From: Escherichia coli
GTDB lineage: Bacteria > Pseudomonadota > Gammaproteobacteria > Enterobacterales > Enterobacteriaceae
Direction: 5' to 3' (one strand)
NCBI RefSeq assembly: GCF_051903065.1
Contig: NZ_CP178438.1
DNA: 64,000 bases
Shown: in pieces, positions 44,136 through 52,964 of the stretch
Position numbering within the stretch: position 1 is the stretch's first letter
Layout: each line of letters begins with the position of its first letter
Translations under genes and position numbers: made by a program
Notes under the pieces: model-generated
The model's input: only the letters and a program-made list of their open reading frames with translations
Told to the model about the DNA's origin: nothing
Databases searched by the model: none

Positions 44136-44498
44136 GGGGCTGATTCTGGATTCGACGGGATTTGCGAAACCCAAGGTGCATGCCGAGGGGCGGTTGGCCT
44201 CGTAAAAAGCCGCAAAAAATAGTCGCAAACGACGAAAACTACGCTTTAGCAGCTTAATAACCTGCTTAGAGCCCTCTCTCCCTAGCCTCCGCTCTTAGGA
44301 CGGGGATCAAGAGAGGTCAAACCCAAAAGAGATCGCGTGGAAGCCCTGCCTGGGGTTGAAGCGTTAAAACTTAATCAGGCTAGTTTGTTAGTGGCGTGTC
44401 CGTCCGCAGCTGGCAAGCGAATGTAAAGACTGACTAAGCATGTAGTACCGAGGATGTAGGAATTTCGGACGCGGGTTCAACTCCCGCCAGCTCCACCA
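44136..44498 (+). ncRNA. ssrA: tmRNA (transfer-messenger RNA)
   Basis: 363 nt from GGGGCTGATTCTGGATTCGACGGG to ...GGTTCAACTCCCGCCAGCTCCACCA; tag-ORF region present. Confidence 0.97.
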
Positions 44499-44508
44499 AA
44501 TAAATCAA

Positions 44509-44540
44509 GGGGTTACGTGAAAGCGTAGCCCCTTTTTCTT
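44509..44540 (+). terminator. intrinsic terminator downstream of ssrA
   Basis: Hairpin GGGGTTACG...CGTAGCCCC (one G:U) followed by TTTTTCTTT. Confidence 0.7.
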
Positions 44541-44621
44541 TGGTAGTGGCGGCAAAATGGCGACAGACTTTTGCGTCCATCTTGCCTGTCGCCATCTTGA
44601 AATCATGCAAAGAGGTTTCAC

Positions 44622-45104
44622 ATGGAAGAACTTCACTTTGTTTACATCAATGCAAATGGTCGTATCGGTGTTCACTCAATACAGAGCATCAGTTATAGCG
44701 AAAATCATATACAGGGCATTTGTAAGAACACCGATCGAATAAAAACCTTCCGAAAAGACCGCATTCTTAAACAGTACGATTCACCAGAACAAGCCATTCA
44801 GGAATGCGCGTCATTCCTCCCCGAAAACTACTCACATCTCACTAAGCAGTCTGGTCCGAAAAAAAATACATTCGATGTGTGCTTCACCGGATTTAAGAAA
44901 GCAGATAAAGAAAGATTGGTTGATAAGGCGAATGAACAAGGATTAACGGTAAGAACCTCTGTAACCCAAAGCCTTCAGATGCTCTGTTGCGGTTACAATG
45001 CAGGCCCATCAAAAGTATCGGCAGCCAGGATGAAAGGCACAATCATCATAGATGAGCCTGGCTTTATACATTTTCTTGAAACGGGTGAGATCCCAGATGA
45101 ATAA
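44622..45104 (+). CDS. hypothetical prophage cargo protein, WYL-like N-terminal domain plus BRCT-like C-terminal domain
   Basis: 160-aa ORF with AGAGG 10 nt upstream of ATG; N-terminal ...DRIKTFRKDRI resembles the WYL-domain RxFRxDRI strand; C-terminal FDVCFTGF...GLTV...GPSKVSAARMKGTIIIDEPGF resembles the LigA-type BRCT fold pattern. Confidence 0.6.
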   Translation: MEELHFVYINANGRIGVHSIQSISYSENHIQGICKNTDRIKTFRKDRILKQYDSPEQAIQECASFLPENYSHLTKQSGPKKNTFDVCFTGFKKADKERLVDKANEQGLTVRTSVTQSLQMLCCGYNAGPSKVSAARMKGTIIIDEPGFIHFLETGEIPDE

Positions 45105-45107
45105 AAA

Positions 45108-45125
45108 CCTGCCGTAGCAGGTTCT
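45108..45125. terminator. bidirectional terminator between the cargo gene and ogr
   Basis: Hairpin AACCTGC-CGTA-GCAGGTT flanked by A/T runs between convergent stops. Confidence 0.6.
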
Positions 45126-45130
45126 CTTTC

Positions 45131-45349
45131 TCAAAAATTCATATGCCCCTGACCACCTGGCAATGGATGTGGAGGGGCTGTAGCAATCAATGCAGGTGTC
45201 ACAATAAACCGGACCACTGTTTCATGGGTAACAAAAGTGCTCCCGCAGTTAATATTTTGGCACTGGCAGTAACGCTCTTTGGTGCTTTCTGTTACTTGAA
45301 AACTGCTCCTTGTGTGCGCCGCATGACCACACTTCGGACAATTCATCAT
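45131..45349 (-). CDS. ogr: Ogr-type zinc-finger late-gene activator
   Basis: From ATG at 45349 (or 45346): MMNCPKCGHAAHTRSS...KERYCQCQNINCGSTF...PHPLPGGQ matches the P2 Ogr CxxC-N22-CxxxxC pattern; ORF-track GTG extension rejected. Confidence 0.85.
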   Translation of the reverse strand: MMNCPKCGHAAHTRSSFQVTESTKERYCQCQNINCGSTFVTHETVVRFIVTPALIATAPPHPLPGGQGHMNF

Positions 45350-45417
45350 ATCCAGATCCCTACCTTTGCTATCAGAATCATTGTAATGATACACAAAATA
45401 TCAATATTGAGAACACT

Positions 45418-46518
45418 TTATTCCATTTCAAGATCATCAATCTTCACTTCGAGTTCAATACTGGTTGTAAAACCGTTATCCGGGCTGACGGTATGTGTCA
45501 GAGTCGTAATGGTCCATTCCGCATCATCTATCGGCTGTTTAAAGCCACTGACTTTCACTGGCATTTCCGTGTAGAGATCTGCCCGACCTTCCGCCAGTTG
45601 TAGCGAGAATGACGCAACGCCGCGTTGCAGGCGTTCCCACTGCATTTTCGCTGCCCGTTCAGCGTTGCTCCGGTTGGCATAAGTGCGATTAAGTACCAGC
45701 ACGTTTTCATCCGTACCCACCAGGTAATCGCCCTGCTTTGCTTCCGGCTCTTTCTTCTGCTTTGCGGTCCTGCGCTTACGCTTCACCGTGGTGCTTTCTT
45801 TCTTCGCGGGTTCGCGGGTATGCAACCAACTGGCAATTACGCCCGTATAGGCTCCGCGATCTGCCAGGGTAAAGCGGTGACTGTCGCCGTCCTTGCGTGT
45901 GATAGTGATCACCGGCAGAGGTTTACCGCTGGCGCTTTTGCCCTGTCCCTGCCGGATGAATAACAGATTGCCATTTTTCACCGACGCAATAGCACCGTAC
46001 TGGCGCGCCAGCCGCATCAGAAAACTGCCGTCACTCTCATTGGTCTGGTCTATATGTTCCACGGGCTTATCCGACAGGTCTTTACCCAGTGCCATCTTCA
46101 GCTTGTGCCGCGCGGCTATTTCCTTCACCACTTCCCCGACGGTGGTCTTGTGCCACGACTTTTCACGACGGGTATTCAGCGTTTCCCGAAAATCAGCACT
46201 TCGCGCCCGGATAGTCAGGCGGTCCGGTGCGCCAGTGTGTTCAATCTCGTCCACCGTGAATGCCCCTTTAGGGAAAAGCGGCTGCCCCTTCCAGCCCAGC
46301 GCCAGCGTAATGACCGCACCACGGCGCGGCAGCACGATTTTTCCGTCGGCGTCGTCCAGCTCCAGATCAAGCTGGTCCGCTTCAAAGCCCCGATTGTCCG
46401 TCAGAGTCAAACTCATCAGGCGGTTATCCAGCACAGTGGTGATATCCCTGCCCTCAATACTGATGCTGAATGCGGGAGTTTTGTTGCCTTTGTTAAGCAG
46501 TTCAGAGCTGAAATTCAC
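45418..46518 (-). CDS. D: tail protein D (P2 gpD-like)
   Basis: 366 aa at the position downstream of U; overlapping stop/start with U. Confidence 0.8.
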   Translation of the reverse strand: MNFSSELLNKGNKTPAFSISIEGRDITTVLDNRLMSLTLTDNRGFEADQLDLELDDADGKIVLPRRGAVITLALGWKGQPLFPKGAFTVDEIEHTGAPDRLTIRARSADFRETLNTRREKSWHKTTVGEVVKEIAARHKLKMALGKDLSDKPVEHIDQTNESDGSFLMRLARQYGAIASVKNGNLLFIRQGQGKSASGKPLPVITITRKDGDSHRFTLADRGAYTGVIASWLHTREPAKKESTTVKRKRRTAKQKKEPEAKQGDYLVGTDENVLVLNRTYANRSNAERAAKMQWERLQRGVASFSLQLAEGRADLYTEMPVKVSGFKQPIDDAEWTITTLTHTVSPDNGFTTSIELEVKIDDLEME

Positions 46519-47000
46519 GACAGCAGCCCTCCCACCGTTTTACTGATATCACTTAAGGCAGATGTTGCCGTGTCCTGCAGATTATTCAGTTGCGTACTGA
46601 GATCACCGAACATATCGGACAGGGATTCATCCACCCGTTTGAGCGACAGGGTGAACTCAATCCGGCGCGGCATACCGTCGCGGAAAAACTCCGTTTTAGT
46701 CAGATTCAGTCCCTCAATCACATACATGCCGTAAATCGTGCCGCTGCCTTCAATCAGGGGCCATGCTTTTCCCTGTTCTGCCATCTGCTCCAGAGCCAGC
46801 AACGACAGCCTGCCGCCCGTTATCTCCGGCATAAGAACACCAGAAAGCGTCAGCATGTCGTTGTCCGGTCCCAGAAACTGCGTGGACGGACGACGGTTTA
46901 CCCGGCTGTTTGCCGCATGTCGCCAGCTGCGTTGATACTGCAGTTCCTGATACGGAACGGTGCGCAGCATAAACACGTACAATCCCAGCACCATCATCAT
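46515..47000 (-). CDS. U: tail protein U (P2 gpU-like)
   Basis: 161 aa, position and size as P2 gpU; 4-nt overlaps with T and D. Confidence 0.8.
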   Translation of the reverse strand: MMMVLGLYVFMLRTVPYQELQYQRSWRHAANSRVNRRPSTQFLGPDNDMLTLSGVLMPEITGGRLSLLALEQMAEQGKAWPLIEGSGTIYGMYVIEGLNLTKTEFFRDGMPRRIEFTLSLKRVDESLSDMFGDLSTQLNNLQDTATSALSDISKTVGGLLS

Positions 47001-50000
47001 GCGTCGTATCCCCCCTGATCGCTGTAGTTACTCCTGGCTTTTGCCTTCAGCCTGCGTTCACGTTCATCAAGCTGGCGTGCCACCTCCCGCGCAATATCCT
47101 GCGCACTTTGTCCTGGCTGCGTCTGAATGATGATCTGCGTCGGTGCCTCAATCCGGTGAACGGGCGGCACAGTGGCTGCACGACTCACCATCGCTTCGCC
47201 GCCTTTCGCGGGAAGTGCCAAAGGATGCAACGGTGGAAGCTCTGCAGGCGCGGCAGCAACGCCCATCATTCCGGCAACAACGGCAGCCAGTGCAGCTGTA
47301 TTTCTCCGGCTGGTCACATTTGCCGGGCCGTTAACAATTTCCGGCCCGTTTTCACCGACGATGCCAAACTGCCCGCGCGGGATATAGCCGCCGCTGTCAT
47401 ACATCCCCGCAAAGCCATATCCCCATGACGGAAAACCACCCGGTGGCATCATCACTTTACCGTCTGCATTCACCGTCGCAGGTTGCTGACGCGTCACTCT
47501 TTCCGGCAGTTTCGCCTTTGCAGCCTCTTTACTGACAATGCCGAGTTTCTCCAGCAACCAGGAAACGCCGGATTTCAGGGAGTCCAGCGGATGCATGACC
47601 ATATTCAGCCCTTCCGCCAGTGCCTCCCCGAATCGTCGCCCCATTGCCGCTGCGCTCTGCAGTTCGGCAGAGGTCGACTTAACGGGCGTCAGCAGATCAG
47701 TAAACCAGCCCCACAACGCCTGCACTTTGTCGCCAATCCACTGAAACACAGGCTTAAGTGGTTCGAATGCTGCACTGATGGGACCTGCCGCCGCTTTGAA
47801 TCCTTCCACCACACCAGCGAGAAATGCGGTGATGGGTTGCCAGTATTTCCAGACAACCAGCGCCACGCCCGCCAGTGCAGTAACCACAAGACCTATCGGA
47901 CTGAGCAGAGCACCTAACAGACCAGATATGGCATACAGGGCAACGCGCAGCATCGCCAGCGGACCAGATGCAAGCACACGAAGCACCGCGCCTGCGGCAG
48001 CCAGTCCACCGCGCAGTACCGCCAGAGGATTCATAAACATCACAGCAACCGCACGTAAACCGGATAATCCAGACCGCAATAGTGCAACCGGCGCACCTGC
48101 TACAGTTTTCAGGACATTTCCCGTCAGTGATGCCGTACGGCGCAAAGACGACAACGGCGCAGTAAGTAAACCCGCTGCGTTACCCGATGAAGCAAGCCCG
48201 CGTCGCAGCACTGCCAGTGGTGCGCCTGCCAGCCAGGACAAAGCGTTGCTGGTTCGGGTTACTGCTGCCGTAACGGAAGGTAACGTTTTGATACCCAGCA
48301 CAGAGAGTCCCAGACGGATGACTGCCAGCGGCCCCAGCACTGCAGCCAGCGCCACCGCTAAGGTGCCGAGGCCCACGGTAACGGCAGCCACCACTGCGGC
48401 TACTTTCATCAGAGTGCCCGTCAGTTCCGGGTTAGCTTCCACCCAGCGACGCAACGCCCCCGTGACGCTTTTCACCGTGTACAGAATATCCATCAGCGGC
48501 TGGCGCAGCGTTTCGCCCAGGCTGCTGAAGGTGTTCTGTGCTCCGGTTTTGACCAGCAACCACTGAGCAGAAAGTGAGTCTTTGTTGATGTCGGATTCTT
48601 TCTGCATGGAGCCGAGCGCATCATTGCCCGCAGTCAGTTTTAGCTGGCGCTGTAGTTCCGGCAGGTTGTTTGCCAGTTTCGCCGCGTCATCGCCAAACTC
48701 TTTACCAAACAACATGGTCATGGCAGACAGACGCTTATCCTGCGGCAGTGCGTTCACCTTCTCCAGCACACGCTGGATAGTTCCCATCGCATCCTTCGTC
48801 ATCTGCTTTTCAATCACTTCAGGATTGAGTTTCAGCAGATTCATCCCTTCAAAGAAACTCTTGCTTTGCATGGTGGCAATGGACAATTCACGCACCATCG
48901 CGTTTGCTGCACTGGCTGCAACCTCCGGCGCAGCGCCCAGTGTCAGAAAGGTGGAACCCAGTGCCGCAGCTTTACGATAATCCAAACGGTCAGCCACACC
49001 ACCCAGGCGTTGCATGACATCAATAATGTCCGCCCCTTTCGACATGGCGTTATCATCCAGATAGTTCAGCGCATCACCGAGCTGTTCAATATTGCGGGTA
49101 GGGATTTTGTAGAGCTGGGCGATTTTCCCCAGACTTTCTGACAGTTCATCCGCTGGCAGCTCAAAGGCTGTTGCCGCCTTTGCTGCCGTACTGGCGAAGG
49201 CCAGCAGGTCACGTTTCTGGTCCTCCCAGCTGTCGTCAGGGTTTGCGACGTTCATGCGCGCCCCACCTTCAACCAGTGCAGCGAAATCCACCGCACCGTT
49301 TTCCATCGGCAACTGTTCGCTGGCAGCCTTGATGGCATCCTGCATTTCATAAAAACGTGCAGTGGGGTTGCCATTATCGTCACGCAGACCATTGACCTGC
49401 TTTGCCACACCTTTCATGGCATCTTCCATGCTGGTATAGATTTTTACTGCCGCCATCACTGGTGCGCCCATTGCCAGCCCTGCAGCCGTGGTGGTGGCTC
49501 CGGCACCTGCAATACGATCACGCACCTCCAGCGAACGGGCATAACTGGCACGCGCTGCATTCATCCTGCGCTGAGCTTCCCCCAGTCGCTTCAGCCGCGC
49601 CTCCTGTTTCGAAAGTTCCTGGTTATAACGTGATGTTTCACGGGCTAAACGGGCAGTTGCTCCCGCATCATCTTTCGCAGAAATTCCCGCCCGGTACAGT
49701 TCAGCACGCACAAGCGCCGTTTGCTTCTGCAAATATTTTTGTTGTTCTTCCAGGCGTTGGACTGCCAGCGTTTGCCGACCTAAAGCCACAAGATGCCTTT
49801 GTGATGGTTGCTCCATCGCCTCCAGCTCAGAGCTAAGCAAATTAGCCTTCTGTCTGGCATAGTTCAGCCTGTCGCCTAACTTCTTGTTATCAGCCTGCAG
49901 CTTGCGAAATTTTTCCAGGCTGTTACCCGCCTGATTGAGTTGCTTTAATGCGTCACGGGAGTTTCTGATTGCGCCAGCCAGCTCTTTCGAACTGGCCTGT

Positions 50001-50074
50001 GCAGCACGGAATGGGCGGGTGAGTTTGTCAACCGCATTAAGAATGACCTGCAGGCGCAGGTTGTTATCACTCAT
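46997..50074 (-). CDS. T: tail tape-measure protein (P2 gpT-like)
   Basis: 1025 aa, coiled-coil N-terminal part, hydrophobic repeat region, C-terminal Gly-rich part; downstream of E/E'. Confidence 0.88.
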   Translation of the reverse strand: MSDNNLRLQVILNAVDKLTRPFRAAQASSKELAGAIRNSRDALKQLNQAGNSLEKFRKLQADNKKLGDRLNYARQKANLLSSELEAMEQPSQRHLVALGRQTLAVQRLEEQQKYLQKQTALVRAELYRAGISAKDDAGATARLARETSRYNQELSKQEARLKRLGEAQRRMNAARASYARSLEVRDRIAGAGATTTAAGLAMGAPVMAAVKIYTSMEDAMKGVAKQVNGLRDDNGNPTARFYEMQDAIKAASEQLPMENGAVDFAALVEGGARMNVANPDDSWEDQKRDLLAFASTAAKAATAFELPADELSESLGKIAQLYKIPTRNIEQLGDALNYLDDNAMSKGADIIDVMQRLGGVADRLDYRKAAALGSTFLTLGAAPEVAASAANAMVRELSIATMQSKSFFEGMNLLKLNPEVIEKQMTKDAMGTIQRVLEKVNALPQDKRLSAMTMLFGKEFGDDAAKLANNLPELQRQLKLTAGNDALGSMQKESDINKDSLSAQWLLVKTGAQNTFSSLGETLRQPLMDILYTVKSVTGALRRWVEANPELTGTLMKVAAVVAAVTVGLGTLAVALAAVLGPLAVIRLGLSVLGIKTLPSVTAAVTRTSNALSWLAGAPLAVLRRGLASSGNAAGLLTAPLSSLRRTASLTGNVLKTVAGAPVALLRSGLSGLRAVAVMFMNPLAVLRGGLAAAGAVLRVLASGPLAMLRVALYAISGLLGALLSPIGLVVTALAGVALVVWKYWQPITAFLAGVVEGFKAAAGPISAAFEPLKPVFQWIGDKVQALWGWFTDLLTPVKSTSAELQSAAAMGRRFGEALAEGLNMVMHPLDSLKSGVSWLLEKLGIVSKEAAKAKLPERVTRQQPATVNADGKVMMPPGGFPSWGYGFAGMYDSGGYIPRGQFGIVGENGPEIVNGPANVTSRRNTAALAAVVAGMMGVAAAPAELPPLHPLALPAKGGEAMVSRAATVPPVHRIEAPTQIIIQTQPGQSAQDIAREVARQLDERERRLKAKARSNYSDQGGYDA

Positions 50075-50503
50075 CGTTGGCCCCGCATCTCTGAATCGCT
50101 TTATACCGCCATTCCAGCACTTCGGTCAGCGGCATAACGTCAGTAACGGATGGCGGCCAGTGAAAAATGGTGGCGATATCTGCCACCAGATCGTCAACCG
50201 TCAGGCTGTCGGTAAACCGGCAAGTACCGACTTCTTCAACAAAAAAGTGACAACCTCAACCGACATAGCGGTGAGATCTGCCGGGTCCATCTCTGCAATT
50301 TCCTGTGCAGTCAGTGCCGGGCTGGAGATGCGGGGGATCACGGTCATCATCGCGTTCACATCCATATCCATAATGGCCTGCAGGCGTGTACCGCGCAGTG
50401 CACCGGACTGCGGTTTACGCAGCACAATTTCGGTGATTTCCGTTTTACCGCGCTTGATAGGGGTATCCAGTTGAATAGTCTTTTCAGTCTGCTTATCGCT
50501 CAT
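50067..50503 (-). CDS. E': tail assembly chaperone E' (E plus -1 frameshift extension, about 145 aa)
   Basis: -1 frame is open from the slippery site T-TTT-TTG (50246-50240) to a TGA at 50069-50067, overlapping the T start codon by 8 nt. Confidence 0.7.
50201..50503 (-). CDS. E: tail assembly chaperone E (P2 gpE-like)
   Basis: 100-aa ORF between FII and T containing the slippery heptamer near its 3' end. Confidence 0.8.
   Translation of the reverse strand: MSDKQTEKTIQLDTPIKRGKTEITEIVLRKPQSGALRGTRLQAIMDMDVNAMMTVIPRISSPALTAQEIAEMDPADLTAMSVEVVTFLLKKSVLAGLPTA
50240..50246 (-). promoter_or_regulatory. programmed -1 ribosomal frameshift slippery heptamer TTTTTTG
   Basis: Heptamer in X-XXY-YYZ register within E (codons ACT-TTT-TTG). 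Confidence 0.7.
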
Positions 50504-50557
50504 TTTTCTGTCCTGTAAATTGGGTTCTGGCGCGGCATTCCGCGCCGTTCAGATACA

Positions 50558-51073
50558 TCAGAGGCCGAGTGCGTTGCGGTGCGCTTCCATCAGGTCCACA
50601 CCGTCCACAATTTCCACCATGTTGATAAGGTCCACTTCATAGAGCACCTCACCATTGATAGTCAGCTTCGCGTAGCTGTTGGTACTGGTCACTTTGGTGG
50701 TGTTGCTTTCGCCCGTCTTCCACTCGCCGGAATCCACTTCTTTGTGACGTCCACGCACCACAAGCTCCACGGCCTGCACTTCTCCGGTATCGTCACGCTG
50801 GATAGAGCCGGTGAAGCGCAACTGGATGCCATCCACCGTGGCTTTGCCCATCTGTTTAAACAGCAGCAGTTCAGTACCACCAATGGAAAATTCTGTGTCC
50901 AGCGCACTGTCATCAAGCCCCAGATCCACATCCACTGCACCCGGCATTCCGCCGCCGCGATACTTCTCATATTTGCGGGTGAATTTCGGCAGCGTCAGCG
51001 ACTCAACGATCCCCTGCCAGTTGTTCCCGTCATTAAACAGGTTCAGGTGTTTTAATTTGCGTGGTAAAGCCAT
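50558..51073 (-). CDS. FII: tail tube protein (P2 gpFII-like)
   Basis: 171 aa immediately downstream of the sheath gene. Confidence 0.85.
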   Translation of the reverse strand: MALPRKLKHLNLFNDGNNWQGIVESLTLPKFTRKYEKYRGGGMPGAVDVDLGLDDSALDTEFSIGGTELLLFKQMGKATVDGIQLRFTGSIQRDDTGEVQAVELVVRGRHKEVDSGEWKTGESNTTKVTSTNSYAKLTINGEVLYEVDLINMVEIVDGVDLMEAHRNALGL

Positions 51074-51082
51074 GTTGTCCCC

Positions 51083-52255
51083 TTACGCGCTGACCTGGCT
51101 GGAGAAATTCACCAGGTACTGATCGGTGATGCGCTGACGCAGCATCAGGTTTTCAAGTGGCGGCACTGGCGTGTAGTCGTAGTCGATGGTGAGTTTTCCG
51201 GCTTTCAGCGTGTCTTTGTCGTTCACCGACTCATCCAGCCAGCAATCACCACCAATGAGATAGCCCTGACTGACCAGGCTGCGCATTTTGGCGCGGATAC
51301 CCTCGATAATGTCGCGGGCCAGCGACGGATTCAGCGGTTTATCCACCGCCCACATGTGCGCTTCTGCCATCGTGTCCGTCAGCACCTGCGCCGTGCGGGT
51401 GTAGTTTTCGAAGGCAAAGAGCGGGTCATCACTCAGGCAGCGGGAACCCCAGAAGCGAAAACCGTCTTTGCGGATAAGGGTGGTGACGTCGTTCTGGTTC
51501 AGCAGTCCCGCATCGGTTGCCGGGTCCTGCAGATCCCAGAACACATCAGCAGAAATTCCGGTGACACCGTTAACGCCCACGTTGGACAGGCTTTTGTGCC
51601 ATCCGGTCTGCTCGTCAATTTTGGCGCGCAGACCAAGCGCACGGGCGGTGGCATAAGCCGTTGCTTCGGCATTCAGCACCGTGTCCCAGCCAGTAAAGTC
51701 GGGCCAGATCAGCATTCCTTCGCGCTGGCTGAAGTTTTCACGGTAAGTGATCGCCTCCTGTACCGTCTTGCAGCCATACGCTGACAGGTAGGCAAACCCA
51801 CGCAGGCTTTGCGCCACGCTCAGCAACTCAGTAGCAACGGCTTTGTTATCGTGACCTGGCACGCCGAGAATGCGCGGTTTAACGCCGAGCTGTGTCTGGG
51901 CAGATAACAGGGCTTTCATGCCTGTTTTTTTACCTTCAGCAGTCACTGCGCCGATGATATTGGTCGTGGTTTCTTCTTCCGTTTCACCCTGCGGCACACG
52001 CACAACAACGGTCACTGGTTTTGCCTGGTCAGCGATGGCATCCAGCGAACGGGCCAGCGTGCCGGACTCACCCGCTTTACCGCTGGCAGTCAGCACATCA
52101 GTGATCAGCACGGGTTTATTAAGAGGAAACATTTTTGCATCGGCATCATCGCCCGTGCAGACCATACCCACGATGGCGGTGCTCACCGTGGTAATGGATC
52201 GGGTGCCTTCGTTGACTTCAGCAACGCGCACCCCGTGGTGGTAATCCTGAGCCAT
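51083..52255 (-). CDS. FI: contractile tail sheath protein (P2 gpFI-like)
   Basis: 390 aa, sheath-like sequence, first gene of the FI-FII-E-T-U-D operon. Confidence 0.88.
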   Translation of the reverse strand: MAQDYHHGVRVAEVNEGTRSITTVSTAIVGMVCTGDDADAKMFPLNKPVLITDVLTASGKAGESGTLARSLDAIADQAKPVTVVVRVPQGETEEETTTNIIGAVTAEGKKTGMKALLSAQTQLGVKPRILGVPGHDNKAVATELLSVAQSLRGFAYLSAYGCKTVQEAITYRENFSQREGMLIWPDFTGWDTVLNAEATAYATARALGLRAKIDEQTGWHKSLSNVGVNGVTGISADVFWDLQDPATDAGLLNQNDVTTLIRKDGFRFWGSRCLSDDPLFAFENYTRTAQVLTDTMAEAHMWAVDKPLNPSLARDIIEGIRAKMRSLVSQGYLIGGDCWLDESVNDKDTLKAGKLTIDYDYTPVPPLENLMLRQRITDQYLVNFSSQVSA

Positions 52256-52331
52256 AGTGGCGAACCTCCTGATTGGATTAGGCTTCGCCCTATGTTGAAG
52301 TGATTGTGCCTGACAAACAGCTAAGCACAGT

Positions 52332-52349
52332 TGTGTCGTTATTCACACA
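52332..52349. promoter_or_regulatory. Ogr-box-type dyad TGT-N12-ACA upstream of FI (late promoter candidate)
   Basis: TGTGTGAATAACGACACA on the minus strand, centred about 85 bp upstream of the FI start. Confidence 0.55.
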
Positions 52350-52397
52350 AAATGACGGTATTTGTCCGCTTACAGGAAAAATCAAAATAATACTGAC

Positions 52398-52964
52398 TCA
52401 GGGCGATTCATTGCTCTCATTCGCCGGAAATTTTCTATAAATGGTAGAAACGCCCACATCAAAAATCAGTGCAATACGCTGTCTTGATTCTCCGGCCTCG
52501 AGTAAACGTCCAATCTGTGCCCACTGTTCGGTGGTCAACTTAGGACGGCGTCCACCTACTCTGCCTTTGGCACGAGCTGCAGCCAGCCCTGCTCTGGTAC
52601 GTTCAACTATCAGTTCACGTTCCATTTCAGCCAGAGCCCCCATGACGTGAAAAAAGAAACGGCCCATTGGGGTACTGGTATCAATACTGTCAGTCAGGCT
52701 TCGGAAATTCACACCACGCTGGCGCAACTCTTCTATCAGCGTAACAAGATGCCGCATACTGCGCCCCAGTCTATCCAGCTTCCAGACAACCAGCGTGTCT
52801 CCTGCCGATAGTGTCCTGAGCAGTTTTTTAAGCCCCGGTCTGTCGGACTTAGTGCCACTGATTTTATCCTCAAAAATCCGCTCACATCCCGCGCAGTTCA
52901 GTGCATTACGTTGCAAATCGGTGTTCTGGTCATTTGTTGACACGCGTACATAGCCAATAAGCAT
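52398..52964 (-). CDS. serine DNA invertase (Hin/Gin/Pin family)
   Basis: 188 aa from ATG at 52964: MLIGYVRVSTNDQNTDLQ... with catalytic Ser region and C-terminal HTH (GVSTIYRKF); ORF-track upstream extension rejected. Confidence 0.9.
   Translation of the reverse strand: MLIGYVRVSTNDQNTDLQRNALNCAGCERIFEDKISGTKSDRPGLKKLLRTLSAGDTLVVWKLDRLGRSMRHLVTLIEELRQRGVNFRSLTDSIDTSTPMGRFFFHVMGALAEMERELIVERTRAGLAAARAKGRVGGRRPKLTTEQWAQIGRLLEAGESRQRIALIFDVGVSTIYRKFPANESNESP

Noticed and set aside
44557-44742. 61-aa ORF starting in the ssrA-cargo intergenic region and overlapping the cargo gene out of frame
   Set aside because: No RBS; overlaps the better-supported 160-aa gene; starts inside an inverted repeat.
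45143-45603. ORFs of 143 and 97 aa overlapping ogr and the D-ogr junction on the plus strand
   Set aside because: Antisense to conserved ogr/D coding sequence; no RBS or domain signature.
47108-49836. Many plus-strand ORFs (up to 262 aa) inside the tape-measure gene
   Set aside because: Antisense shadow ORFs in a GC-rich repetitive gene; Ala/Pro/Ser-rich translations.
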